From Felis catus (lineage: Eukaryota): 64,000 bases of DNA. How positions within the stretch are numbered: position 1 is the stretch's first letter; each line of letters begins with the position of its first letter. The notes below the pieces were generated by a model. That model saw nothing but the letters and a program-made list of their open reading frames with translations. It was not told the origin of the DNA and made no database searches. Below are positions 49,912 to 62,555 of the stretch, piece by piece. A program made the position numbers and the translations under genes. Where the stretch lies: the NCBI RefSeq assembly GCF_018350175.1, contig NC_058368.1, positions 226,178,001 through 226,242,000 on the forward strand, read 5' to 3'.

Positions 49912-52279
49912 GCCAGTTGTGTATTTCATGCCAGGGTTGTTTCTTTCTAAAATGAGGCTTTTAGATTTTCTTTCTTCCTGTGTCTTGTTTTCAACAAATA
50001 TAAACCAATTAGCATAAGCAAAGCGTGATTAAGAAAGTAAATCAACTAAGGAAGAAAAATTCTAATGCATTCCAAGCAAAATATAAATGACTGTTGGACG
50101 ATCTCTTGTTTAAAATTTTCCATGCTCTCTGGCACTTCACAGCATGATTCAGAAGTTCCTAAAGCATTTTAGGTGAAAAACATATATTTACTTAAAGAGT
50201 TTGAAAGAAATTAGCATTGGAAGGTGGAATATGCCATGATGTGGAGCAGAAAAAAAAAATGAGTTTGCAGGAGACAACAGGGGAGCCTTCAATTCTTAGA
50301 TTGTCACGCAGGGTCATCAACCGTATAGATGAGTGAGTTTGAAAAAGAAATGTGGGCAAAGTTTGTAAAATGTGCAGCCCTTGGCTCACTGCAGAGAGAC
50401 GAAATATTTATGGATAAATATAAAACCTATCAAATAGTTTCGAGTGAGAAACGTAAAATTGCCAAGAATTCACCAGCATTCTTCAGGGCCTGTGTCGGTT
50501 CTGTCCTGCGCAGAGGAGTGAAGGATGCCCGATAGAGTAGGAGAGCCGGGATCGCAGAATCCAGTGTGGTTCTGGGGGCCTCTTCTATGAGAAATGGGGG
50601 ATAATAGCTGTCAGCCACCCACAGGCCCCACACCTCTTCTCAGGGCCACACCAGCAGGGCAGCTCCACCCCATTCAAAATTGTCAGTAAGTTTGATCCTG
50701 AGACTCCAAATACATGTTGATTTTTTTTTTTTTTTTAAATCACAAAACACCGGGAGCCCACATCCAGCCTTTCATGGCACTACACCCCTGTCACCACCAC
50801 CACCACCACGGAGTCTGGGATCTGAGCCACCAGAATCATTCCAGAGAACAGAGCTTTGAACGTCGGTAGGTCCTCAGCACGAAGTGGGCCCGCAGAGGCT
50901 GTTTCAGAGCTACGGGCAGAGCTTTGGGCTGCGGAAGGCAGAGTGTAGGAGGGCGGCCCCGCTCTCCTCTACCAGAGTTTCCTAGGAAGCACCAATGTGG
51001 AAGCATCTGCGTGAATCATAAGGCATGTGAAAAAAAGCAGCTCAACTTAAACACTGTTTGGCAGAATAACTAGGAAAGTTGACTAGCCCGGTACTTCCTT
51101 TTTTAATCTTCCTATCACAATTTTCAATTTTCCCTCCAAGACAGGAAAAGACTATCAGCCACCTCCGCTCTCAAGACACGCTTCCATTCCCTGCTCTGTG
51201 ATCTGACTGGGGATCGGTACCCCTCTGGTGCCACAATTTGGCTACTTACGAAACTTGGCCCAGCTGCTGATGCAGGGAGGACAAAAGCCTCCTTCTGCTC
51301 TTGCCCGGAGCCCCTCTGGGTTTCCCTTCAAACTTCCTCCCAGGCAGAGGGCTGGGTTCTGAGGTCGGCTGCTGCAGCCAGGACCACTACCAGATTTGCA
51401 CGAGCTGCTAGCTTGATGGGAATCATTTCTTAAACAGAGTAGAATCTTTTACAAGTATCGATGTTATTTCCCGAATACAGAATGTCTTAGCAGGCATCAT
51501 GCGCTAGGAAATGCCGCAACTTTGTCGCGAAAGAGTCTCGAACAGGAGTGCATCCTCCCACACCAGTCCCAGCCTCCTATCGGATCCTTCGCCTTCTGAC
51601 CTCTGAGGCCAGGCCCCTCAGAGAGGCAGAGTGGTGCTTTGTAATTCAAAATTGTTAGAGGAAAACCAAATCTTTATCATTTATATGCTTTGAAAAGTAT
51701 GCCATTATTAGCATTTTACTCTGGAGGTACAAATTAAAGGCTTTTCTGTGCCTTAATCATACTAATGTTTACCAATTTCTCTAAAGATTATTATCATAGT
51801 TGGTTATCAGAGATACTGCTGCCTTTAAAACCCCAGGAAATAAAATAGAAGGGAACTTGTTTTTTGGCACTTGCCCTTCAATGCTGCGCTTGCAATGGAC
51901 TCTCAAAGCGAATTAACTCTTTAGGCTTCCTCAGGGAGAGAAGTCCCAACCCCTTGCCTTCCTGTCCTTTGCCCTTGTACAGTTCAAGCTCTCCGGGGCA
52001 AACGCTGACATAGTTAGCAAAGCAACAGACCAAATATGCTGATCTTGTTGACTTCTGTTTCCTCCAGAGAAAATGTGACGCTCTTAGCCATCTCTCTCAT
52101 CTGGAGGCCATTTAGCCAAATGGGTCCCCGTCATCTATTGAGCCAACATTTGCTAAGTGTTGACTGTGTCGTTGTAAGCCTGGAGTGCAGGATAGCGATA
52201 TTAATAGCATGGGTCTGCTGCCTGTTTTTGAACAGCCCATGATCTAACAATGGGCTTTACCTTTTGAAATGATTTAAAA

Positions 52280-52497
52280 AATATTTAGAGGAGGTTATTA
52301 TTTTGTGGCACATGAAAATTACATCAGATATGAATTTCAGTGCCCGTAAGTAAAGCTTTATTGGAATACAGACATACCCATTCATTTATGTGCCATCGAT
52401 GAGTAGTTACAACTTCGTCATTGAGAGACCATGATGTTCACACAGCCTAAAGTATTCACTGTCTGGCCCTTTCCAGAAGAGCTTTATGCAGCCTGAC
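52280..52497 (+). mobile_element. MER58-type hAT-Charlie element
   Basis: gtaagtaaagctttattggaatacag…cattcattta…agcctaaagtattcactgtctggccctttccagaa. Confidence 0.8.
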
Positions 52498-52559
52498 ACG
52501 CTCCCTGCTCCCCAGCTGCTGGAGAGGGCCAGGGAGCTTAAGCAACTAAAATGCCACAT

Positions 52560-54000
52560 GAAAAGTGTCAGGAGACAAATACATGTGAGAGTAGGTGGGA
52601 GAATGTTGGTTAACCATACTTAGAGGCAGCAAAGTCTGTGGGGAGGAAGAAATCTTGAGTTCAAGTCTAAAGAAGAGCACGAAGGGGGCCAGAGAGAGGC
52701 AGCTGCCTGAGGCTGTCAATACATGAAAACATGTATTTTGGAGGACTCCTGTGTAATTTGGTGTGACAAGAGCAAAAGACGCTTGCTGGGGAGTAGCAGT
52801 GAGGAAATAAGGTGCGATCATCTAGCAGGACCCTGTGGCTGGAGCATGGATTTGGGACGGAACCGTGAAAGCTCAGGGAGCCCCTGGAGGGTGGTCTGCC
52901 GCCTGTGACTGGTCAGCTTGACAGTGAAGAAAGAGCCTTGGTAGCAGGGGACGTTAAAGGGGTCAGGGGAGTGTGGTGGGCATGCTGGGAAGGCAAGAAG
53001 ATAATAATCCAGGCAAAGGATTAGGCCGACATCAGGGCTGATAGGCAGCTGCCGGAACTCAAAGAGGTTAATCTCCAGATAACGGGGATCAGATCAGTGG
53101 AGGCAGGGGTGGAGGTCAGGGGTGAGGGAGAGGGACCGTCAGGTGTGATTCACAGAGGCTGATTGGTAGATGGGAGAGAAAGAGGATAGGTGCTGTTTGA
53201 GCATTTTCTTTTTGCAGAATTTCTGAGGAATCGAGTGGATAGGGCCAGGCAGTGGCTGCGTATAGCGGTCTGGAGCTCAGGATAGAAATTTGAGCTGGAG
53301 ATTTGTATCTGGTACTTGAAGCCACTGGCTGCAGGGGCAGGTGATCTGGGCGAGAAGAGGAGCAGTTTGAGGAACACAGAGACATGCAAATCAGGCAGAG
53401 GGATATGAGACAATCTGCTGAGACGGAGAAGAGGCAGCATGGGGAAGAGTCTGAGGGGAGCTTTAGAAATGAAGTTCAGCGGTGGAGGGCTTTGGAGCAT
53501 TAAGGACCACTGGGTATGATGGAGCGCCTCCCCCCCCCCCCCAGAGGTTGGAGCAAGGTGCCCCCAGTCTGCACAGCCATGTGGCTCTGTATTTTTACCC
53601 AGTAGGGATGAGGAGCAGGTGCAGAGAGGTGAACTATGAGGCTGGGCTCAGAGGGGGTTTGTAATGCAGAGTTGCAGAGAGAGGAAGCAGCAACCTCGAC
53701 CTTACCTTTTCACTGCCCTCCCCCCACCCCCACCCCGTGCTGGGAGAGTGATTATGGGGTGGGGGAGGAAACAAAGCCAGAAAGAAGTAGCAGATCGGGG
53801 CGGGGGGTCTTCAGGAGGTAGAAGAGGATGCATTGAGATGAAGAACGTGGGTAAGAAGCCCTGGAGGGTGGTTGTCCGCACTGGGTGGGAGAGTTTCAAA
53901 GCTAGCAGTTGGAACGGTTTCTGGAAGGGAAGGGCCCCAGGCTGGAGTGAAGGAGGGGCAGCAGAGGGCAAGGAGCATGTACATTAGGTCAGGTCGTCCA
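52560..54000 (-). mobile_element. Decayed L2 fragments
   Basis: GA-rich antisense L2 motifs, e.g. gtctggagctcaggatagaaatttgagctggagatt. Confidence 0.65.
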
Positions 54001-54699
54001 CATGGGCCTGGAGTCCTGTGTGTTGAGGGGGCTTAGGGAGCCAGGAGCCAGGGGACAGATCATCTGTGATTGTTGAGAGCGGCTGAGGGGCCAGGAGAGG
54101 AAATCTCCTGTGGCCGCACCATAGGCTCACGTGGCCATACGTGTGTTTTGTGCAACTTGACTCTTTTGTGTGACTTTACTGTTTTCCCAAAGAGTAGTTG
54201 TGGGACTTTAAATACAACAAGGCTCACGCATGGCTGCAGCAACCGTAGAGAAATCTGAGTGTGTCCCTAGGCCAGTGTGAGATAAGGTCACCTTGGCATG
54301 GGAACAGGAAGTTTTCCTGGGAGGACAGATCAGACTAGACTGCGTGGCAATGGGACCCAGGACACTAAGAGGCAGGCCCTCTAACCTAAAAACCTGGAGA
54401 TTGTTCTTCAGAACTGACACCCACCTCTTTAGGGATCTCTTGACTTAGGACTGTTTTGCAGCAAAGAACCTTATTTACTGAAGAGAAATGTGAACATGAA
54501 GATTCTTCTAGATGATGTGCACATCACGGCAGGTTGGGGACTATGGGTTTGGTGACAGGGAGCAGGAGACAAACTTGGGTCATGAGGAACCACAGAGATG
54601 AGCATAGAAACGAAGCCCGTATGTGTTTTCAGGGGCCTCCAAATAGGTAGAAATAAGGTTTTAAAAACCATGATCTCCAATAATAGGTAAGATTATGTT

Positions 54700-54890
54700 T
54701 TCTAATCCAGGTACTTTTCCTCAAATGTCACTCTTAATCCCCACATTGCTCCACTAAGTGTAGGTACTGCCACTATATCATCTCAGAGATGAGAAAACTT
54801 AAGGCGCCATTAAGTAGTTCTGCCAAGGTCACCCGGATTAGAAGAGGGACCCGACATTGGAATCCAGACCTTGTCGCTCCCAGAGCCTGT
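54700..54890 (-). mobile_element. MIR
   Basis: cagagatgagaaaactt…ctgccaaggtcac…gaatccagac…ctcccagagcc. Confidence 0.7.
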
Positions 54891-55250
54891 GTAAGAATAT
54901 TTATGTGATCCGGTCAATTCTATTTATTATTTAGTCGGTACCCCTTCTTATATGCTGAGCTTGAATAGCTAATTTACAAAATGTTGTTGTTTATTCATGA
55001 AGTGAAACCACATTGAGTTGCTGTCTCAAACACCTAAGGCGTAACAACAGGAATAAATATTTATTTGAGGTATGGGGGATCTGATTTTAGATCAGACATG
55101 GAGAAAAATTTTCCCTAAAAGCCCAAAGTAATGTAGCTATTTTGTGAAGTCTTTACTCATTTATTCTAAATTAATGGACCCATACAGAACATACAGAAAC
55201 AGTGGAGAATGGGAAATATTTAATACAGCATACCAAAAGCGATCTCTTTC

Positions 55251-55476
55251 TTTTTTTTTTTTTAATTTTTTTTCAATGTTTATTTATTTTTGGGACAGAG
55301 AGAGGCAGAGCATGAATGGGGGAGGGGCAGAGAGAGAGGGAGACACAGAATCGGAAACAGGTTCCAGGCTCTGAGCCATCAGCCCAGAGCCCGACGCGGG
55401 GCTCGAACTCACGGACAGCGAGATCGTGACCTGGCTGAAGTCGGACGCTTAACCGACTGCGCCACCCAGGCGCCCC
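55251..55476 (-). mobile_element. Young feline Can-SINE
   Basis: TSD gcgatctctttctttt at 55239 and 55477. Confidence 0.97.
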
Positions 55477-56057
55477 GCGATCTCTTTCTTTTGACTGATC
55501 TGAGTGAAACAATTGCCTGATAAGAATTATGTATGTAAAGAATCCCCTCTAACCCTTGGATTTTATTGCTAGATCACAGAATAGAATATTAAGGAAAGCT
55601 AGGTCTGAGCATTTTTTATATTCAGGTTAAAAATCCCATTAATATTTTCAATTACAAAAATCTTACTGATGTGTGAATGACATCAAAGAGTTAGAAAGTT
55701 TATTTCTGTTTATTTAGCTGGTAGCTTCTGTTTGGAATTTTTACCCACTGCCTGTATGATTTAAGAGAAATGAAAAACAAAGCCAACAAAGATGAGATAG
55801 CCTATGACAAGTCACAACGATAAATAGAGTTGTAACTAGATATTTCGATTTAGATCTTTTTAAGTCTTATTCTCACCCTGAGAAATAGAACAACCAATAC
55901 ATATATGATCTACTCTAGAAATTAATAAAATTGTGTTCTGTGAGTTTGCGGTAGACAGTTTGTCCATTGGCGAAGAAGGAAAATTAGCTGTGTTTGTTTC
56001 TACTTGCCACCAGGAAAACAGTCTCCACCAATTGTCTCCTTCTAGAACTGTGTTTTT

Positions 56058-56457
56058 AAATTTTTCTTAATTTTTAAAATTTTGAGAGAGACAGAGACAG
56101 AGACAGAGACAGAGAGAATCTCAAGCAGGCTCCTTGCTTAGTGCGGAGCCTGACTCGGGGATTCTATCCCACAACCATGGGATCAAGAGTCAGATGCTCA
56201 GGGTGCCTGGGTGGCTCAGTCAGCTAAGCATCTGACTTTGGCTCAGGTCATGATCTCGGCGTCCGTGAGTTCGGGCCCAGCGTCGGGCTCTGTGCTGACA
56301 GCTCAGAGCCTGGAGCCCGTTTTGGATTCTGTGTCTCCCTCTCTCTCTGCCCCTCCCCTGCTCACGCTCTCTCTCTGTCTCTGAAAAATGAATAAACCTT
56401 AAAACAAAACAAAACAAAAGAGTCGGATGCTCAACCAATTGAGCCACCCAGGCAGCC
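56058..56457 (-). mobile_element. Older Can-SINE split by a nested SINE
   Basis: Body at 56058-56200 resumes at 56434-56457; approximate outer TSD agaa.tg(t)gttttta. Confidence 0.88.
56201..56417 (+). mobile_element. Nested Can-SINE
   Basis: TSD aagagtc(a/g)gatgctca at 56185-56200 and 56418-56433. Confidence 0.95.
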
Positions 56458-56829
56458 AGAATTGTTTTTAGTCCATATCTTAGAGTGTGGGAAACAAATG
56501 GAAATCTACCAAAGTAGATTTCTAACTCTAAAAGCTTTAACACAGCAAATGGACATTGGTAGGACTTTTTAACACAATACTATTACACTGGGGTTTGTGG
56601 AGTTACTTTCATAAATTGTGAAGGTCACTGTAATCCTTCCCAATGCTGTCGTGTGCCCTTTAAGATAAAGACCAGAGGAGAACTTAACCATCCTAGGCTC
56701 TGGTGTTATTGAAGAGATTTTGATTCTATCTACTTCATAGTATCATATCCCTTGGGCCAAAGAGGCACCAGTGTGGACTAGCTCTGGCCAAGGATGGTTC
56801 CTGGGGTCTGAGTTCTTACAGAGTAAGCA

Positions 56830-57000
56830 CACTGAACCAGCCATCAAAGGTCTGGCTCTGGTTCTGGGCTCCAGCACTAACTAACTGTGGACACTTGGGC
56901 AAACCATGTCACTTCTGTGAGACTCAGAGCCCTCATCCCCCAAAGCAAAAGGGTTAGATTAAATCATACCCAGTATTTTCTAATTTTGAAATTCAGTGAC
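56830..57000 (+). mobile_element. MIR
   Basis: cactaactaactgtggacacttgggcaaacc…ggttagattaaatc. Confidence 0.65.
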
Positions 57001-57324
57001 TGCGTTTGTCCACTGCTGATCCCATGACACATGATGTTACCCCTTTGCTACAAGGTGTTTCATCGGTTCATGATTTAAAGGCAGACTTGAAGTTGTGTTC
57101 GGCTGAAATTAAACGAGTTCTAATCCATGCTTCCAGTTATAGGAGGGCTCTAGGATACCTTTGTCATCTATAAGGACATTGGACTAATTCTTTTATTTTT
57201 TTTATTGAAATAACCATATTCATTAGGTAACTTTTTTCTCAAGCACTTTTGGGTAGAAGCTTAGACGATATAACAATTCTTCTCTCCAGTGAATTCTTTT
57301 AATCCTTTAAAAAATTAACTTTTT

Positions 57325-57548
57325 GAGGTGTGTGGGTGGCTCAGTCAATTAAGCACCTGACTTGGGCTCAGGTCATGATCTCATGGTTCATGAACTCAAT
57401 GCAGGCGGTGGGCTCTGTGCTGATGGCTCGGAGTCTGGAGCCTTCCTCAGATTCTTTGTCTCCCTCTCTCTGTGCCCTTCCCCTGCTCACACTCTGTCTG
57501 TCTCTCTCTCTCAAAAGTTAATAATCAACGTTAAAAATTAAAAAAAAA
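57325..57548 (+). mobile_element. Can-SINE
   Basis: SINEC body and A tail. Confidence 0.93.
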
Positions 57549-58132
57549 TAACATATCATGTATTTTATAACATGTAAGAAAGTTTGCAGCTTTTGAGGAA
57601 TGTCCTATAACTATGCCAAAGGTGGATTCGAGAGGCAGGACTACTAAAGATTGAAAGATCAGGAGTTTCTTATTTACTAAGAAATAAGAGAAATCATTAA
57701 GATCATTCGTTGATGGATTGGCTTCTTAGAACAGCAAGCGGTCAGATGAATGGGGAGCATCTCTTTTAGTCTCCCTGTTTTGCCTGGAAATAGCAGAGAC
57801 AAATGCATATAAGTTGCTTAGGCTTTCAGCCTGAGTGTGGTCATTTTATGACCAGCTGGGTTCATGATTGTTTGATTCAGGCAGATGTTTGATGACCAGG
57901 TCTACAAGACCTTGGGGGAGTTGGCTACAATTTACTTGGACTGAAAATGAGTCCCAGTGAAGAATTTTAGCTCTTCTACCCCCTGCCAGGCTGTGTGTGT
58001 GTGTGTGTGTGTGTGTGTACCCGTACATATGCTCAAGTATGTATGGAACATGGGCCCCGATTCCTAAACTTTTTTCATCTCTAGTCTTAGAGTGCATGTC
58101 TCAGTGTGGTATCTTAAGATATTACTCTGGTA

Positions 58133-58356
58133 TTTTATTTTATTTTTAAATTTTTTTTTTATTTTGAGAGAGACGGAGACAGCTCGCAAGAGTGGGAGAG
58201 GGGCAGAGAGAATGGGAGAGATAGGGAATCCCGAGCAGGCTCCATGCTGTCAGCTCAGAGCCCTACTCAGGGTTTGAACTCATGAAACCCTGAGATCATG
58301 ACCTGAGCCCTAACCAAGAGTCGGACGCTTAACCGACTGAGCCACCCAGGTGCCCC
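58133..58356 (-). mobile_element. Can-SINE
   Basis: SINEC body ending caggtgcccc. Confidence 0.93.
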
Positions 58357-58479
58357 ATAACTCTACCAGTTTAAAGAACACGGTTTTAGTGGCACTTTCA
58401 TGACTAGACTTAAATTGACCCTTGTTCCCCTTTACATTCTAGGGATGCCTGCTCACCTCTTTCTCATCCCCTCCCATCT

Positions 58480-58930
58480 CGCAAAGATTTATTGAGTTTC
58501 TACTATGTTTCAAGCATTGAAGTGAGAATAAGGTCTCTGTTCTCAGAGATCACACAGCTGATTGAAGTCACACGCATATAAACAAATTATTGCAGTACCA
58601 GTAGTAGGTAAAACAGGGCAGGTATTTCCTGTATGGAATGGCAGAAGGTAGGAGGGAAGGATTAATTCCGAGTGGGCCAGAGAAGAAATTATGAGAGAAT
58701 ATGGATCAGGAAGCATATTTAATAATAGTTCATTGTGAAAATGTAGGAGCATGATCCTTCTGGAGAATTCTCTGTCTTATGGGTTTATCTCGGATTTGCT
58801 AAGAAGATAGAACTAGCAGAATTTAGTGCATAGAGGAGTCTAGGTGATTCCAAGGTTTTAGCTTAATTGACTCAGGGGATGGTCATTAACTGAAATAGAG
58901 GTGGTAGGTCAGGAAGCAAATTCAACCTAT
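58480..58930 (-). mobile_element. L2 fragment
   Basis: atttattgagtttctactatg…ctctgttctcagagatcacacag. Confidence 0.65.
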
Positions 58931-60186
58931 GTCAAGACCTTTCAGAAAACAGTGTGCTTCACTCCCCACTAGTTAGTAAACTATTATACTCCTTAATGAA
59001 ATTTGGCTTTGCCATCTTGTTCTACCACCAGGCAGTGATGTCATCGACATCAATGATGATCCAGGAGCCCCTGAAGTTCCAGCCCCACTGTGTTCTTTGC
59101 GTGAAGGCTGAGGACTGCAGATTTCATTGAGCAGATGGGAGGACATAGAGAGTAGTGAGCGGGTCATAGGACAGACACTGTGAATTTTCTTTTGTGTGCT
59201 CTCAGAGAAGCAATCACGTAGGGTTTTCGCTATTCTAATAATCATTTCTTCATGTGTACTGTTACATACTCTGCTTTGGGGTTGGGGTGGGTCAGATCAT
59301 CAGTATTTGGGAATTAGCCAGCGCCTAGTTGCAAGGGTTTTCATGCTGTGGGAACTTTGTGAGTAATCTTTATTCTTATTACATTTCTTACGCAGAAGAT
59401 TTTATTACCAACAGATTGAGTGTTTGGGCTCCTGAACTTTACGCTTTCGTGATTAGCCTGCCATCCTCAACTTGGTTCTGTGAATTTATGTATATATGTG
59501 TAAGATATACATATTATACATATATACAATGTACATACATATATATGTAATATATGTAATTTACAATAGAAAAACTAACTCATTTTTTATAGATGTAAGT
59601 GCATTTTATGTGGGATATTTCTTTACATTATTTGTTCTGATTTGGGCAACACTGCAAATACACTTTCACAAAAATCCCCGTATATAATCAAGACATTGTA
59701 GTCCCCAGTTGGCTTTTAAGATACCAATTTCTGATGGCTTTGTTGTGTGAGTCTAGTGACTTCAGTGAGGGCATATGTATTGTCTTTCAATTTTCATCTC
59801 TAAGTTTCATATTTTTGCATTTTTTTTCTTTAAGTTCCACATATAGTTCAGTTCAACAAAAAGCATTCGTTACGCAAAGAAGTAATCACTCATGTTTATT
59901 TCTTCAAGATTCATATTAACAAGATTCAGCAATGGGGGAATGATTTACGTGTTCAAGCGTTGACCTCTATACTCATATCTAACTTTCCATTAAATGTTCA
60001 GCATTTAAATTTGAGGTAGGTTGAGAAAAATAAGCCAGGAAGATTAATGCATTTTATGACACCCCAGCAAAGATTATGCATCAAAGGGTATCTTGGACCA
60101 CAGTCTCATTTAGTTGATCTTTCTTATACAACCACGCTCTGGTCCTCAAGTAGTGGCAGTTAAGGAGTCAGAAATGGGTCCATTTT

Positions 60187-60373
60187 GGGGTATCTGGGTG
60201 GCTCAGTTGGTTAAGCATCAGACTTCGGCTCATGTCATAATCTCAGTCTATGAGTTTGAGCCCCATGTCAGTCTCTGTGCTGACAGCTCAGAGCCTGGAG
60301 CTGCTTCGGATTCTGTGTTTCCCTCTCTTTCTGCCCCTCCCCCCTCAAAACTAAACATTAAAAAAATGTTTTT
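60187..60373 (+). mobile_element. Can-SINE
   Basis: TSD aaatg(g/t)gtccatttt at 60172-60186 and 60374-60388. Confidence 0.94.
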
Positions 60374-61019
60374 AAATGTGTCCATTTTTTGAAACTGGTT
60401 CTAAACTGTTCTTAAGTGGGATTAAATGGGACCCAAAGTTCCCACCCAAAGTTTCCATTCTTCTTCTGTTGCCCACTGACTTCTCAGAATGACATAGGTT
60501 ATATTTTATAGAGCATGTGTAACTTTGACTGAGAGAGATGGGCAGAGAGAAAAAGAGGGAGACAGAGTGAAAGAGATCTTGGCAATGGACACTGGTGAAA
60601 TTTAGTCTAAAAATCTTGGACATTTTCACAGTCAGGAGCCTTTTCTGGCCAAATGTGTGCTGTGCGTTGCAAGTTCTTTAGCTTCTCCCAAAGGTTGTTT
60701 TGATTGGACAGCACACAGGGCTTTCACCTGTGCTCCTTTGTGGTTTCATCAGAACCTCTCACTTCTTGGGAAACCTCAAGGTGGAGGCAGCTTCCCAGAT
60801 GAAGCTCTCACCACTTATAGTGTTGTCTTCAACAACTTTCTTCCTGTGGATGGGAAGAGGAGGAAGGGGCTGTTTCACTGGCACTTTTAGAGATATAACA
60901 GTGTCAGTGACCTACAAGATATTAAAAATGGCAGTTAATGGTATAACTTTGTCCAAATCACAGTCTCCAGGACTTAATTTACTCATATTTTCCATGAGGA
61001 TGGTGTAGGTCTGCAAGGT

Positions 61020-61359
61020 CTGGCTTTGTCTGTTCAAGCCTCTATAGCAAAATATCACAGGACATTTATTTCTTAGTTTTGGAGGCCGGGAAGTCCAAGG
61101 TCAAGGTGCTAGCATATTCAGTGTCTGGTTAGGTCTCTCACTGTGGTTTGCAGATGGCTGTCTTTCTCATGTGTTCTCACATGGCCTTTCCTTGCTGTCT
61201 CTTCCAGATTATATAAGGCCATTAATCCAATCATGAGAGTCTCACCCTCATGACTCAAAATAGCCCTTATTACCTTCCCACGGGTCCCACCTCCACATAG
61301 GGATTAGGGATTAGGGCTTCAAGGTATGAATTTTGGAAGGATACACTGAGTCCATAGCA
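61020..61359 (-). mobile_element. MaLR LTR (MLT1A/MST-like)
   Basis: atttatttctt…ggaggccgggaagtccaaggtcaagg…caccctcatgac…tatgaattttgg…agtccatagca. Confidence 0.88.
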
Positions 61360-61439
61360 AGGGTTCTTTTAGTTGATCTTCATTCTGAGAGACCGCCTTG
61401 CATTGGAAATTTAGCATGGGTAGGACTATTGTACACAAG

Positions 61440-61650
61440 GTTTATATGTAGATAAATTTGAGCCCCAGTCTCTGCCCTTATTCTTATGTCTTGATGTTGG
61501 ACAGTTATTAAATTTAAGTCTCAATTTCCTCAACTATGAAGTTGTTCAGTCGTGGTGTCTATTTGTAGAGTTACTGCCAAGATAAAATGAAAACCGTGCG
61601 CGTAAAGCACTTAGCACAGTGCTTGGCACAAAATAGATCCTTGATGATAA
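61440..61650 (+). mobile_element. MIR
   Basis: gtctcaatttcctca…gataaaatga…gtaaagcacttagcacagtgcttggcaca. Confidence 0.75.
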
Positions 61651-61830
61651 TTTAAGTTCTGAAAATCAACCAAACCTCTTTGAACAAGAGCTGAGACTGG
61701 TAACACAAAAAATGAAATGATTTGATCAGTAGTTTGTTAATATCAAAATTTGTTTGTATTTGATTATAATTTTTGCAAGTCTCTGTTAATTGCAACATAT
61801 CATTTGTGTTGCAATAAACATGGACAAGTG

Positions 61831-61864
<34 letters not shown>

Positions 61865-61891
61865 GTGTGTGTGCGTGTGCGTGTGCGTGTG
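61831..61891. repeat. (TG)n/(TGCG) microsatellite
   Basis: Seen directly. Confidence 0.95.
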
Positions 61892-62351
61892 TACATGCTT
61901 GCGCATGTGAGCATGGGAACATGGGACCTTGATGGTCTTCCCCATGATGTATTTGGGTAATTAATTCATTTTCTGCTACCATAGAAAAAAATTCAACCAA
62001 CACACCACTTACAAATTTGGGATATATTTTACCCACACATCACCCCTCTGCTTTTATTTTAGTGAAACCGGAAACATTTGAACTTTCTCTTTTTGAAGCA
62101 TATTATTCCCTAACAAAAATGTTCCTCTTCACATCAATAAGGGGATGCTCGAATTAAATGTTACTGGGAGGAAAATGATAAAAAACAAATAAATAAAAAA
62201 TAAATAAATAAACAAAAAGAAACCACCACCACCAACAACAACAAAAACAACCAACACTTAATACAACACACATACTTTCTGAACTCTCAAACTCCCAAAT
62301 TCTTAGGAATCACACCTTGACATCCATGCTATTAATAATGTAGCAAGTGTC

Positions 62352-62555
62352 GGGGCGCCTGGGTGGCTCAGTCGGTTGAGCATCCGACTTCAGCTCAGGT
62401 CATGATCTTAGTCTGTGAGTTTGAGCCCCACGTCGGGCTCTGTGCTGACAGCTCAGAGCCTGGAGCCTGCTTCGGATTCTGTGTCTCCCTCTCTCTCTTT
62501 CCCTCCCCTGCTCATGTCTCAAAAATAAATTAAAACATTAAAAAAAAATTTAAAA
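62352..62555 (+). mobile_element. Can-SINE
   Basis: TSD aata(a/g)tgtagcaa(g/c)tgtc. Confidence 0.95.

Noticed and set aside
61298..61317. tagggattagggattaggg telomere-like run
   Set aside because: A 7-bp-period slippage inside the MaLR LTR, not a (TTAGGG)n array.
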